Of a stretch of DNA of 64,000 nucleotides, positions 19,043 to 29,224 are shown piece by piece. The DNA comes from an uncultured Candidatus Saccharibacteria bacterium (lineage in GTDB: Bacteria > Patescibacteriota > UBA1384 > XYA2-FULL-43-10 > 1-14-0-10-43-13): assembly GCA_964628585.1 (NCBI GenBank), contig CAZVMH010000001.1, positions 210 to 64,209 of the forward strand. The letters are read 5' to 3'. The notes under the pieces are model-generated. The model saw only the letters and a list, made by a program, of their open reading frames with translations. It did no database searches and was not told the DNA's origin. Numbering within the stretch: the stretch's first letter is position 1; the number at the start of each line of letters is the position of its first letter. Position numbers and translations under genes: made by a program.

Positions 19043-20293
19043 ATGAATTTAAAATCTACCGATCTAAAAGTATACAATATTATAAACAAAGAGGAAAAAA
19101 GGCAGAAAGAATGTCTCGAGATGATAGCTTCGGAAAATTTTGTATCCAAAGCTATTTTGGAGGCGACTGCATCTTTATTTACAAATAAATATTCTGAGGG
19201 TTACTCTGGAAAAAGATATTATGGTGGTCAAGAATTCACTGATGAAATTGAGGTTCTGGCTAAAGAGAGAGCGCTAAAGCTGTTTGATTTGAGTGATTCG
19301 AAGTGGCATGTTAATGTTCAACCATACTCTGGCTCCCCTGCCAATTTGGAAGTGTTTTTTGCTCTTTTGAACATTGGAGATACGGTAATGGGCATGAACC
19401 TGTCGGAGGGTGGGCACCTAACCCATGGACACAAGGTAAACTTTTCAGGAAAATCATATAATTTCGTTCAATATGGTCTCGGACCGGATGGCAGAATTGA
19501 TTATAATCAGATAGAAGAGATAGCCAAAAAATACAAGCCGAAACTCATTATCTCTGGCGCAACCGCTTATCCAAGAATTATCGACTTTAAGAAATTTAAT
19601 AAAATTGCAAAATCAGTCGGTGCAGTTCATATGGCAGACATCTCGCACATTGCTGGACTTGTTGCGGGTGGCATCCACCCTTCGCCGTTTTCTGACGTTG
19701 ATGTTGTAACTACAACAACCCACAAGACTCTTCGCGGTCCAAGAGGTGCAATCATCATCTGCAAAAAAGAATTAGCTGAAAAGATTGATAAAGCAGTTTT
19801 TCCTGGTATGCAGGGTGGCCCTCATGTGAATACCATAGCTGCCAAAGCAGTTGCTTTTAAAGAGGCAATGCGACCAGAATTTAAAAAATATACTCAAGAT
19901 ATTTTGGATAATATGCAATGTTTTGCAAAGACATTACAATCATTTGATTTTGATCTGATTTCTGGTGGGACGGATAATCATTTAGTTTTAGTTGATCTCC
20001 AGAATAAAAACATTACAGGAAAAGATTTTGAGGATTTGCTTGGCAGTGTTGGAATAGTTGTTAATAAAAATTCTGTTCCTGGAGATCCAAAGTCTCCAAT
20101 GGTAACTTCTGGCATTCGAGTTGGCGTGTCGGCCCTAACTTCTCGTCGCATGACAATTATTGAAATGCAAAGGATCGCCGAACTTTTTAACAAGACACTT
20201 GATAATAAAGATAACAAAAAAGAATTAAATGAAGTGGCAAAAGAAGTAAAGGCGATGGCAACAAAATTTCCACTGCCAGGAATTGATTTATAA
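19043..20293 (+). CDS. glyA: Serine hydroxymethyltransferase
   Basis: IASENF, NKYSEGY, GGHLTHG, TTTTHKTLRGPRG. Confidence 0.98.
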   Translation: MNLKSTDLKVYNIINKEEKRQKECLEMIASENFVSKAILEATASLFTNKYSEGYSGKRYYGGQEFTDEIEVLAKERALKLFDLSDSKWHVNVQPYSGSPANLEVFFALLNIGDTVMGMNLSEGGHLTHGHKVNFSGKSYNFVQYGLGPDGRIDYNQIEEIAKKYKPKLIISGATAYPRIIDFKKFNKIAKSVGAVHMADISHIAGLVAGGIHPSPFSDVDVVTTTTHKTLRGPRGAIIICKKELAEKIDKAVFPGMQGGPHVNTIAAKAVAFKEAMRPEFKKYTQDILDNMQCFAKTLQSFDFDLISGGTDNHLVLVDLQNKNITGKDFEDLLGSVGIVVNKNSVPGDPKSPMVTSGIRVGVSALTSRRMTIIEMQRIAELFNKTLDNKDNKKELNEVAKEVKAMATKFPLPGIDL

Positions 20294-20310
20294 TTTCAAT
20301 TGGAGGAGAA

Positions 20311-20850
20311 ATGATTGTAGGTGTAACTGGATATCTAGCCTCTGGCAAAGACACTGTTGCTGATTTTCTGATCAAAAAAGGATACAATCATTATTCTCTT
20401 TCCGATGAAATCAGATCAGAGTTAAAAGATCGTAATATCGAGAGTACACGTGAAAACCAACAAAGAGTTGCCAACGAATTACGAAAGAATTTTGGGCCAG
20501 AATACCTTGCTAAAAAAGTAATGAAAAAGGCGAAAGAACCAGCTGTCGTGACAAGTATTCGTAACATTGGAGAAGTTGAATATCTTAAAAATAACGGCAT
20601 GAAATTGATTTTTGTCGATGCTCCAATAAAAATACGATACGATAGAAGTATTAATCGCAAAAGAGAAGGCGAGGAAATTTTATCCTTTGAGCAATTTAAG
20701 GCTCAGGAAGATTTTGAAAAAAGTAAAGAAATTAACTCACAGCAGTTACAACTAGTAGCCGAATTGGCAGACTACACTATTCTCAACGAGGGAACACTCA
20801 AAGAGTTACATGAGAAAATTGATAAAATTATGAAAGAAATGAATGCCTAA
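20311..20850 (+). CDS. P-loop nucleotide kinase (dephospho-CoA/dNMP kinase-like)
   Basis: GVTGYLASGKDT, SIRNIGEV, ADYTILNEGT. Confidence 0.8.
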   Translation: MIVGVTGYLASGKDTVADFLIKKGYNHYSLSDEIRSELKDRNIESTRENQQRVANELRKNFGPEYLAKKVMKKAKEPAVVTSIRNIGEVEYLKNNGMKLIFVDAPIKIRYDRSINRKREGEEILSFEQFKAQEDFEKSKEINSQQLQLVAELADYTILNEGTLKELHEKIDKIMKEMNA

Positions 20851-21367
20851 AAAGATCGATTTAAAAGAATTAACCACAACAGATAAAAGAAAAACCACAC
20901 GGCCCGATATTGATACATATTTTCTTAAGATGGCAACGGTGGTGTCGGAGCGGGCTACTTGTCGTCGACACAGTGTTGGAGCTGTTTTAGTCAAAGATAA
21001 GATTGTTATTTCAACAGGGTATAATGGTGCACCAAAGTGTGCAAAGGATTGTTTTGAAAAAGGATGTCTTCGTGATGAGCTGGGAATCAAAAGTGGCGAA
21101 AAACATGAAGTTTGTAGAGCAGTTCATGCTGAACAGAATGCTATTATTCAGGCTTCTAGCAAAGGCATGGCCACGACTGAATCGACAATGTATTGTACTC
21201 ATACACCCTGTAATATTTGTGCCAAGATGATGGCAAATGCTGGGATAAAAAAAGTTGTAGTTTTTGAAAAATATGCCTGTAATTCTTTTAGAAAATTATT
21301 TGATGAATTAAATATTAAAATAAAGTTTCTTCCAAAACCAAAAGGAATAATTGATTTTTATGAGTAG
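20843..21367 (+). CDS. dCMP/cytidine deaminase (ComEB family)
   Basis: RATCRR, STGYNGAP, HAEQNA, PCNIC. Confidence 0.92.
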   Translation: MPKKIDLKELTTTDKRKTTRPDIDTYFLKMATVVSERATCRRHSVGAVLVKDKIVISTGYNGAPKCAKDCFEKGCLRDELGIKSGEKHEVCRAVHAEQNAIIQASSKGMATTESTMYCTHTPCNICAKMMANAGIKKVVVFEKYACNSFRKLFDELNIKIKFLPKPKGIIDFYE

Positions 21368-21439
21368 TGGATTGTGTTAATCTCTATGATTTAACAATTA
21401 TTTTTGATATGCTGTAAAGGTAATAACAAGAAAGGCAGA

Positions 21440-23191
21440 ATGGAAAAAAAATTAAATATTGAAACTGTTCGCCATTCACTAAGCCACATTCTGGCGGCAG
21501 TTGTTTTGGAAATGTATCCAAAGGCTAAACTCGGAATTGGACCAGCCATTGAAAATGGTTTTTATTATGATTTTGATTTAGAAAAAAGCTTAACCCCTGA
21601 CGATATTGAAAAAATTCATAAAAAGATGATTCATATGCTTGTGAACGATTATAAATTTGTGAAGAGATTAGTAAAAAAAGCTGAAGCGATCAAATATCTA
21701 AAAAGCATGAATCAATCATACAAAGTCAAATTGGCAGAAGAGCTAAAGAATGACGAAGTTAGTTTTTATGATCTTATCGACGAAAAAACTGGCAAAGTAA
21801 TTTTTACTGATATGTGTGCTGGCCCTCATATTGATTCAACAAAAACTCTTGAAGAAATTGGCCTCGGCTTCAATCGAATCGCCGGTGCTTACTGGAAGGG
21901 GAGCGAAAAGAATAAAATGCTTCAGAGAATATATTTTTATGCTTTTTCTTCAATAAAAGAAATGACAGATTTTAGAGCGTTTCTAGATGAAGCAGAAAAA
22001 AGAGACCACCGTAAGTTGGGGAAGGAACTTGATTTATTTGTCTTTTCAGACTTAGTTGGTCCGGGTCTTCCTTTATACACTCCCAAGGGCACAATAATCA
22101 AAGACGAGTTACAGAAAAAAGTTGAAGGTATCTGCAGGCGATATGGCTTTCAAAAAGTTAGTTGTCCTTCTTTAGCAAAGATAGAGCTGTTTAAAATTTC
22201 CGGCCATGCGGACAAGTTCGGGGATGAACTTTTTAGGGTAAGCTCAAAAAGTGGTTTAGATTTAGTACTTAAGCCTGTGCAATGTCCGCATCAAACTCAA
22301 ATTTATGCTTCAAAGATAAGGTCTTATCGGGACCTGCCAATCCGCTATATGGAGTCAGATAAACAATATCGAGCCGAAAAAACAGGAGAAGTTGGGGGGC
22401 TATCTCGTGTATTCGCGATTACAGTCGAAGATGGTCATTCTTTTTGTAGGATTGATCAGGTTAAGGATGAGGTCACGAATATGGTAAAAATCATTAAAGA
22501 CTTCTATTCTGAATTGGGGATGTGGGGCAATCATCAAGTTTCCTTATCGGTTAGAGATTATGCACATCCAGAAAAATATATTGGTGATGAAAAAGATTGG
22601 AATCATGCCGAAAAGATGTTGGAAGAAATTACTGATGAAATGAAACTTGGGGCAGTTAAACATGAAGGGGAAGCAGCTCTATATGGCCCAAAGATTGATT
22701 TTATGTTTAAAGATGCTATGGGTCGTGATATTCAAATTCCTACGGTACAGCTGGACTTTGCAACGCCAAAAAGATTTGGTTTGACCTATGTAAATGAGGA
22801 AGGGAAAGACACTGCACCGGTAATGGTCCATCGTGCAATTCTCGGTTCGTACGAACGGTTCATTGCCTTACTGATTGAGCATTTTAGCGGCGCTTTCCCA
22901 ATTTGGCTTGCGCCAGTCCAAGCAATCGTTTTGCCAATATCTTCCGACAAACATTTAGAATATTCTGAAAAAATTGTCGCAGAGTTAAAAGAAAAAGGTA
23001 TCAGGATTGAAATCGATGGACGCAATGAATCGGTCGGTAAGAAGATCCGTGAAGCCGAAATGCAAAAAATACCATACATGATAATTATCGGAGACAAAGA
23101 AATCTCCGCCAAAAAAGTAGCTCTCCGAAAATACGGCGAAGGTGATAGAGGACAAATTGATATAGATACACTGATAAAAGAAATTTGTTGA
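21440..23191 (+). CDS. thrS: Threonine-tRNA ligase
   Basis: RHSLSH, RDHRKLG, LYGPKID, VMVHRAILGSYERF, anticodon-binding domain. Confidence 0.97.
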   Translation: MEKKLNIETVRHSLSHILAAVVLEMYPKAKLGIGPAIENGFYYDFDLEKSLTPDDIEKIHKKMIHMLVNDYKFVKRLVKKAEAIKYLKSMNQSYKVKLAEELKNDEVSFYDLIDEKTGKVIFTDMCAGPHIDSTKTLEEIGLGFNRIAGAYWKGSEKNKMLQRIYFYAFSSIKEMTDFRAFLDEAEKRDHRKLGKELDLFVFSDLVGPGLPLYTPKGTIIKDELQKKVEGICRRYGFQKVSCPSLAKIELFKISGHADKFGDELFRVSSKSGLDLVLKPVQCPHQTQIYASKIRSYRDLPIRYMESDKQYRAEKTGEVGGLSRVFAITVEDGHSFCRIDQVKDEVTNMVKIIKDFYSELGMWGNHQVSLSVRDYAHPEKYIGDEKDWNHAEKMLEEITDEMKLGAVKHEGEAALYGPKIDFMFKDAMGRDIQIPTVQLDFATPKRFGLTYVNEEGKDTAPVMVHRAILGSYERFIALLIEHFSGAFPIWLAPVQAIVLPISSDKHLEYSEKIVAELKEKGIRIEIDGRNESVGKKIREAEMQKIPYMIIIGDKEISAKKVALRKYGEGDRGQIDIDTLIKEIC

Positions 23192-23199
23192 AAAGTGAT

Positions 23200-23229
23200 G
23201 AGCCCTAGCTTGCATGCAAGCTAGGGCTC
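23200..23229. terminator. 30-bp perfect palindrome, probable terminator
   Basis: GAGCCCTAGCTTGCATGCAAGCTAGGGCTC between thrS and a convergent small ORF. Confidence 0.65.
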
Positions 23230-23261
23230 TTCTGATACTAAAGCGACGGGTCGCTCTCACT

Positions 23262-23507
23262 TTACGGTACTGGTGGCATCCGTCTTCTGATCTCTGCGCC
23301 GATGTCGCCGGGTTTTTTTTGCATCCGACGGCCACAGTGTACGCACTGATCGCCAGGCTTTCTACCTCCCGAAGGCCGTTCTCGAAATTCATGTCTTCCC
23401 GTACCAGAAGGATTCTCAGTACAATCATCCATTGTGTGAACATTGCACCCGATTTCACCGTCTGGTACTTTCATCCAAATGATTCCTCTTTTTCTGGTCA
23501 CTGTCAT
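23262..23507 (-). CDS. Small hypothetical protein, possible Zn-binding (C..H..CxxC)
   Basis: GC-richer ORF; TTGACT-17-TAGCAT promoter and GGGGTG SD upstream; hairpin downstream. Confidence 0.5.
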   Translation of the reverse strand: MTVTRKRGIIWMKVPDGEIGCNVHTMDDCTENPSGTGRHEFRERPSGGRKPGDQCVHCGRRMQKKPGDIGAEIRRRMPPVP

Positions 23508-23584
23508 CTGTACATCACCCCCAACATAAAGATGCTACATATTAAGTGTAAAGTCAAATAAAAAATAACCCACATTTTTTGGGA

Positions 23585-24586
23585 CTATTTTTTATTTGCT
23601 AAACTGTTAATCTCTCTCCAGCGGTGTTGTTTCTCTGACCAAGGAATGGGATCACCAAACTTGAATGAGGTAGTGCCTTCGCGCGGAGAATATTTGTTGG
23701 CAAAGACCCAATAAAATCCAACATTCTTTATTAAATTTTTTGTTTCTAGAAAATCCTCTTCTGTTTCGCCGGGGAATCCGACGATTATATCCGTCGAAAT
23801 TCTGATACGCGGAATTGACTTTTTAATTTTGTCGATCAGCTCTATGTATTGTTCTTTTGTGTAAGGTCGATTCATCGCCTTTAATATTTTATTACTTCCA
23901 GATTGCAATGGGAGGTGAATTTCTTTTTTAACTTTTGGTAAGTCAGCAATTGCCTTAATAATGTCGTTGCTCATATCTTTGGGGTGGTTAGAAGTAAATG
24001 AGATTTGAAAGTCGCCTGGTATATCATTCAATGTTTTTAAAAGGCGTGCAAAATCATATTCATAACTATTCACATTCTGGCCCAACAGTGTAATTTCTTT
24101 GTGACCAGCTTTTACAAGTTTTTTAAATTCTTTAACAATTTGATCAAAGTCACGAGATCTCTCCCGTCCTTTTGTGTAAGGGACAACGCAATATGAGCAA
24201 AAGTTATTACATCCAGACATAATCGGCAAATATGCTGAAGCAGAGAAATCAGAATATGATAGTTTTTTAAATGAAGGCAAAATCTTTTTTAATTCATCGA
24301 GATCATTAATATCACAAAAAATCGCTCCCCTTGCTTCTATTTTATTTTTATCTTTTGGGAGAAGACAACCGGAAATCATTACCTTTTTTTGGTCTTCACG
24401 CCAATTTTTAACTTTGCCTAGCAAACGATCAACAGCACTTTTGCGGACAGAACAAGAAATGGCAAAAATTAGATCGGCTTCTTTTTCATCTGATGGAATT
24501 AAGCCGTTTTTTGTGAGTAGATAATCGAGTCTGGCACCATCCCATTCGTTATATTGGCAGCCAAAAACTTTAATATAGTATTTCAT
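23585..24586 (-). CDS. miaB: MiaB-like radical SAM methylthiotransferase (no TRAM domain)
   Basis: FGCQYN, SCSVR, GCNNFCSYCVVP, LGQNVN, TDIIVGFPGET, YSPREGT. Confidence 0.85.
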   Translation of the reverse strand: MKYYIKVFGCQYNEWDGARLDYLLTKNGLIPSDEKEADLIFAISCSVRKSAVDRLLGKVKNWREDQKKVMISGCLLPKDKNKIEARGAIFCDINDLDELKKILPSFKKLSYSDFSASAYLPIMSGCNNFCSYCVVPYTKGRERSRDFDQIVKEFKKLVKAGHKEITLLGQNVNSYEYDFARLLKTLNDIPGDFQISFTSNHPKDMSNDIIKAIADLPKVKKEIHLPLQSGSNKILKAMNRPYTKEQYIELIDKIKKSIPRIRISTDIIVGFPGETEEDFLETKNLIKNVGFYWVFANKYSPREGTTSFKFGDPIPWSEKQHRWREINSLANKK

Positions 24587-24656
24587 ATTGCTATTTAATT
24601 ATTATGCAATAGATATTATCATAAAAATGTATTCAAAAATAGTGTCGGGAGAGAAT

Positions 24657-25685
24657 ATGTCAGAAAAAGTACGAGATATATATTTTGATCAACTTAGAGG
24701 AATCGCAATCATAGCTATTGTGGCGATTCATGTCTCAAGTGTAATTTTTAATATTAATTCAGCCGACAAAGCAAACTTCTCATTTTTATTTAACTACAGA
24801 CAGCTATTAAATTTTGCTGTCCCTCTATTTATTTTTGTTTCTGGCTATTTTATGGCGAAAAAAGATGTTTCAAATAGTAAAAAGTATAAATCATTCATTT
24901 TTAAACGGGCAAGTAAAATTCTTATACCTTATGCAATTTATACTTCTATATTTATTATTATTGATTATCATAGTGGGGAAGACATTTCTTTAAAAACAAT
25001 TACGAGAAATTTCTTAACAGGGGATGTTGTCTCACCATATTACTTTTTCATATTAATTTTCCAGTATTATTTGCTTTTACCATTGCTTCAAAAAATAAAT
25101 AGTTCTAAAGGTTTAATAATATCAATCATAATAAACATTCTGTATTTTGTTTTTTTATATATGTATAGAGTAAATTCGTATTATGACATTTCTAATCTTA
25201 ATTATGCTACTATTTTTCTAGCTTGGATCTTCTTTTATCAATATGGTCTTTATTGTGGGAAGTACGGTGCACCAAAAAAATCTGTTATTTTTTTGGTGCT
25301 GTTAGCAATATCAATCATACTTATTCTTATTGAATCTGCGTTTTGGATGACTCACAAGCAACTTGTTTCTTTTGCAATTTCACAATTGCGTATTAGCTCT
25401 TTTATTTATTCCCTATGTTTAATAAATGTACTTGTTTCTTACAGGTTTTTTTACCTCAAATTTTTATCAAGTATTGGTTTGGTTTCTTTTGGAATATTTT
25501 TAACGCATATGTTTTTATTGCTGTATTTACTAAAACCACTAACAGAAAATCAATTATTATTTAGTATTCAACCTCTATATCAAGTAATTATTTTATTTGT
25601 TATTATTTTCATAAATTATCTTGTTATACGTTTCCTACAAATATTGTTACCAAAGAAAATAAATCAAATACTGGGTTTTTTATAG
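24657..25685 (+). CDS. Acyltransferase family 3 membrane protein
   Basis: FDQLRGIAIIAIVAIH, AVPLFIFVSG, SFGIFLTH. Confidence 0.9.
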   Translation: MSEKVRDIYFDQLRGIAIIAIVAIHVSSVIFNINSADKANFSFLFNYRQLLNFAVPLFIFVSGYFMAKKDVSNSKKYKSFIFKRASKILIPYAIYTSIFIIIDYHSGEDISLKTITRNFLTGDVVSPYYFFILIFQYYLLLPLLQKINSSKGLIISIIINILYFVFLYMYRVNSYYDISNLNYATIFLAWIFFYQYGLYCGKYGAPKKSVIFLVLLAISIILILIESAFWMTHKQLVSFAISQLRISSFIYSLCLINVLVSYRFFYLKFLSSIGLVSFGIFLTHMFLLLYLLKPLTENQLLFSIQPLYQVIILFVIIFINYLVIRFLQILLPKKINQILGFL

Positions 25686-25709
25686 AGATTAATCTAAGTT
25701 ATGTCATAC

Positions 25710-25735
25710 AAAAAATGCCCGAGTAGGCATTTTTT
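25710..25735. terminator. Bidirectional intrinsic terminator
   Basis: AAAAAATGCC..GGCATTTTTT between convergent genes. Confidence 0.7.
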
Positions 25736-25760
25736 GATATAAACAAAATTGTTTAGGTGT

Positions 25761-26453
25761 TTATTCTTTCTCTTCTTTTTTCTCTTCAGTTGCAGGCTCT
25801 GCACCTTCTTCACCTTCAGCTGAGACTTCCTCGCCCTTATGTTCCAATTCAACAGCGGATACATCCTCAACAACTTCAGTCTCCAGTTCGGCAAGTTCTT
25901 CTTCACTTCTTGGTTCTTCAACATGTGCAACCACTTCTTCTGCTTCGTCCAAAACTTCAATTCCAGCAGGAAGTTTAAGGTCTGAAATTCTAATGTCTTT
26001 CTCAAAATCATCTAGCCCAGAAATATTGACTTCAAGTTCAGAGATAAGATCGCCAGGCAAACACTCTACTTCAATAGAGTCTTTTGGAATAATAAGGGTA
26101 CCTTCTTGCTCAATTACAGCAACAGAATCGCCAACAAATTTCAAAGGAATTTCTGCATGAATTTTCTCTTTCATGTTTACTTTAAAGAAGTCAACATGAA
26201 GAATTCTAGAATTAATTGGATCAACTTGTACTTCATGAACAAGGGTGTTAAATGCGCCTTTGCCATCAATTTCCAAATTAATAAGGTTAGAAGTGCCTGC
26301 TTCTTTAAATAATTTCTGAAAAGAAATTTTCTCTAAAGCAATATTTTCATTCTTAAAATCTTTTCCATAAACAACAGCCGGAATAAACCCATCTTTTCTG
26401 GTTGTGTTTGGTTTGCCTTCTCGAGAAGTAGCTTTTAATTTAAAATCTGTCAT
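25761..26453 (-). CDS. rplY: 50S ribosomal protein L25 (Ctc type, acidic tail)
   Basis: GFIPAVVYG, ILHVDF, EVECLP. Confidence 0.95.
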   Translation of the reverse strand: MTDFKLKATSREGKPNTTRKDGFIPAVVYGKDFKNENIALEKISFQKLFKEAGTSNLINLEIDGKGAFNTLVHEVQVDPINSRILHVDFFKVNMKEKIHAEIPLKFVGDSVAVIEQEGTLIIPKDSIEVECLPGDLISELEVNISGLDDFEKDIRISDLKLPAGIEVLDEAEEVVAHVEEPRSEEELAELETEVVEDVSAVELEHKGEEVSAEGEEGAEPATEEKKEEKE

Positions 26454-26765
26454 TTACTTTCCTGTTTTCTTTCCTAAAAATAATTTATCAAATCCACCGG
26501 GAAACTTTTCTAAAAATTCGAATGTGGCCAGAACGTCATTGTTGTCAACTTGTACCTTTGAGGATTTCTCTTCTAGCTTTGAGGGAGTAAGAGCGACTGT
26601 TGCCAAGACCGGCATATGATCTTTACAAGAAAGTTCTAGAAAAACAATAAATTCAGCAGTACCGCGAATTTTAATCTGGTCAAAATTATATTCACTCCCA
26701 CATTGTGGACAACGAATATTTTTCTTAACCGTTTTTAAAAGATTGAACAAATCTTTATGATTCAT
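26454..26765 (-). CDS. Hypothetical zinc-ribbon protein
   Basis: CPQCG...CKDH; abuts rplY. Confidence 0.7.
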   Translation of the reverse strand: MNHKDLFNLLKTVKKNIRCPQCGSEYNFDQIKIRGTAEFIVFLELSCKDHMPVLATVALTPSKLEEKSSKVQVDNNDVLATFEFLEKFPGGFDKLFLGKKTGK

Positions 26766-26824
26766 AAAACTTACCTTATTATATCTTAAATCATTACCAA
26801 AATCAAGGCTGAGCCTTAAGTATA

Positions 26825-28822
26825 TTATAACATGCTTTCGAGACCAGCAATTTGATCGCGAAGTTCTGCCGCTCGCTCAAACTTTAATTCAGCTGCCACT
26901 TTGTGCATTTCAATGTTAAGATCGGCAATAACTTTTCTTTTCTCTTGTTTTGGCAATTTTTTAAATATTTTATCGATTTCATTGTAAGCTTCATCGGCTT
27001 TTGCCTCCTGTTTTTCCTTGACTGATTTAATGATGGTTTTTGGTGTAATATTATGTACTTTATTATATTTGCGTTGTAGCTTTCTTCTTTTCGTAGTTTC
27101 TTCAATTGCAATTCGCATCGACTCAGTAATATCGTCGGCATACATTATTACTTTGCCTTCTCTGTGTCTAGCGGCACGACCAATTGTCTGAATTAAGGAA
27201 GTTCTGCTTCGCAAAAACCCTTCTTTGTCGGCGTCAAGTATCGCTACCAGCGAAACTTCAGGTAGGTCAAGGCCTTCTCGCAAAAGATTAATTCCAACCA
27301 AAACATCATAGTCTCCTGCCCGCAATGAACGCAAAATCTCGATTCGCTCGAGTGTACCAACATCAGAGTGAATATAGGCGACTCGAATTTTTTTCTCGGC
27401 TAGGTATTCAGTCAAAGCCTCTGCCATTTTCTTAGTTAAAGTTGTGACTAGTACGCGTTGATTATTGGATGTGCGTTTCTCAATCTCTGAGACTAAATCA
27501 TCAATTTGACCCTTTGTCTTACGCACTTCAACTTCAGGGTCAAGTAACCCTGTAGGACGAATAAATTGTCGTATGACAGCATCATACTTTTTGGGTAAAT
27601 CGTCAACAATGTTGTGGGCCGAGCTTTTATCCAGTTCGTATTCGCTTGGTGTGGCTGTCGTAAAAATGACTTTATTAATTTTTTTATAGAACTCTTCGAA
27701 TTTTAACGGTCTATTATCAAAAGCTGACGGTAAACGGAATCCAAAATCGACCAGCTTTTCTTTTCTTGCTCTGTCTCCCGCGTGCATGGCCCCAATTTGC
27801 GGGACAGTGATGTGTGATTCGTCTATTACCATCAGAAAGTCTTTAGGAAAATAATCAATTAAAGTCGAAGAAACTTGTCCCGGCTTTCTGCCATCAAAAT
27901 ATCTTGAATAATTTTCAATTCCAGAGCAGAAACCTGTCTGCTCAATCATTTCTAGATCATAATTTGTTCTTTCTTCAATCCTTTGTGCTTCTAATAATTT
28001 ATTCTGTTTTCTAAATCTTGCGATCTGAATCTTTAAATCCCTACGAATTTTTTTAAGAGCTTCTTTCTGTAAGTTTTCCGGTGTAATGAAATGTTTTGCT
28101 GGGAAAAGTTCTAAGGATGCAATTTTTGATATGGTCTTGCCCGTTATCCAATCAATTTCAGATATTTCTTCGATTTCGTCACCAAAAAATTGAATTCTGT
28201 ATGTATTACTGGTGTAAGCAGGAAAGATCTCTAAAATTTCTCCTCTCAAAGAAAAAGTACCTCGTTTCAACTCCGTATCATTTCTGTCATAGTGCATTGC
28301 ACCTAAAGATTTTAAAATATTATTTCTTCGGTATTGTTTTTTTGTCTCAAGTAACAAATTCTCTGCAATATAAAATTCCGGTGAGCCAATACCATAAATA
28401 CAGGAAACGGAAGCGACGATAATGACATCTTTCCGTGTTAAAAGGGCGTGTGTAGCAGCATGACGAAGCCTGTCTATTTCGTCATTGATTGATGAATCTT
28501 TCTCTATATATGTATCAGAATGAGGAATATAGGCTTCAGGTTGATAATAGTCATAATATGAAACAAAATAATGTACAGCATTTTCAGGAAAAAATTCTCT
28601 AAACTCGTCTGCTAGTTGAGCGGCTAAAGTTTTGTTATGTGCAATAACGAGCGTTGGTTTACCTGCATTCTTAATCACATTGGCCATGGTAAAAGTTTTA
28701 CCAGAGCCGGTGACGCCCCAGAGAGTCTGATGTTTCACTCCTTTTATGAGATTGGAGGAAAGTTTTTTTATTGCTTCTGGCTGATCTCCAGTTGGGTTGA
28801 ATTTTGAATCGAGTTTGAACAT
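26825..28822 (-). CDS. uvrB: Excinuclease ABC subunit B
   Basis: Start MFKLDSKFNPTGDQP; GVTGSGKT, YYDYYQPEAY, INLLREGLDLPEV, FERAAELRD. Confidence 0.98.
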   Translation of the reverse strand: MFKLDSKFNPTGDQPEAIKKLSSNLIKGVKHQTLWGVTGSGKTFTMANVIKNAGKPTLVIAHNKTLAAQLADEFREFFPENAVHYFVSYYDYYQPEAYIPHSDTYIEKDSSINDEIDRLRHAATHALLTRKDVIIVASVSCIYGIGSPEFYIAENLLLETKKQYRRNNILKSLGAMHYDRNDTELKRGTFSLRGEILEIFPAYTSNTYRIQFFGDEIEEISEIDWITGKTISKIASLELFPAKHFITPENLQKEALKKIRRDLKIQIARFRKQNKLLEAQRIEERTNYDLEMIEQTGFCSGIENYSRYFDGRKPGQVSSTLIDYFPKDFLMVIDESHITVPQIGAMHAGDRARKEKLVDFGFRLPSAFDNRPLKFEEFYKKINKVIFTTATPSEYELDKSSAHNIVDDLPKKYDAVIRQFIRPTGLLDPEVEVRKTKGQIDDLVSEIEKRTSNNQRVLVTTLTKKMAEALTEYLAEKKIRVAYIHSDVGTLERIEILRSLRAGDYDVLVGINLLREGLDLPEVSLVAILDADKEGFLRSRTSLIQTIGRAARHREGKVIMYADDITESMRIAIEETTKRRKLQRKYNKVHNITPKTIIKSVKEKQEAKADEAYNEIDKIFKKLPKQEKRKVIADLNIEMHKVAAELKFERAAELRDQIAGLESML

Positions 28823-28971
28823 TGTTTTGATATTGTAAAACATATTCACATATTGTGCAAGGGGCATTAATGTGATATATTCTTTTTTATGAAACGCCAA
28901 TATCCTGGTTGGCAGAAAGAGGGAAAAGCATTGACAGGTAAATTCCCAATGACAAGACATGGAGGTTGGTC

Positions 28972-29148
28972 GTGAGTATGAGGTTGTCGGATGTGCATGT
29001 TCATACCCGAAGGGATCAAAGCGGAGACCCCAGTGATTCCGCTATTCGAAAGATCGAGAAGAAAGAGCGCAAGGGAAGGTTCAGACGGAAGAGTAGACGT
29101 TCCGGACCACAGTATCTTCAGCAGCAGGCCAGTACTGCTTCTGCCTGA
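28972..29148 (+). CDS. Small basic hypothetical protein
   Basis: GGAGGT 5 nt before GTG; R/K-rich; strong hairpin downstream. Confidence 0.45.
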   Translation: MSMRLSDVHVHTRRDQSGDPSDSAIRKIEKKERKGRFRRKSRRSGPQYLQQQASTASA

Positions 29149-29168
29149 CTGTGAGTCCAACAGAATTC

Positions 29169-29204
29169 TGGGTAACCCCTGTCATCCGAAACAGGGGTTA
29201 CCCA
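29169..29204. terminator. 14-bp stem hairpin, probable terminator
   Basis: TGGGTAACCCCTGT / ACAGGGGTTACCCA. Confidence 0.7.
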
Positions 29205-29224
29205 ATAATCTTCTTAAAAATTTA

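Noticed and set aside
22985-23561. ORFs 22985..23458(-) and 23214..23561(+)
   Set aside because: They overlap thrS or the hairpin and lack start signals; 23262..23507 has the better promoter and SD
28823-28960. 46-aa N-terminal extension of UvrB in the ORF track
   Set aside because: Conserved UvrB starts at MFKL (28822), and the extension spans promoter-like sequence
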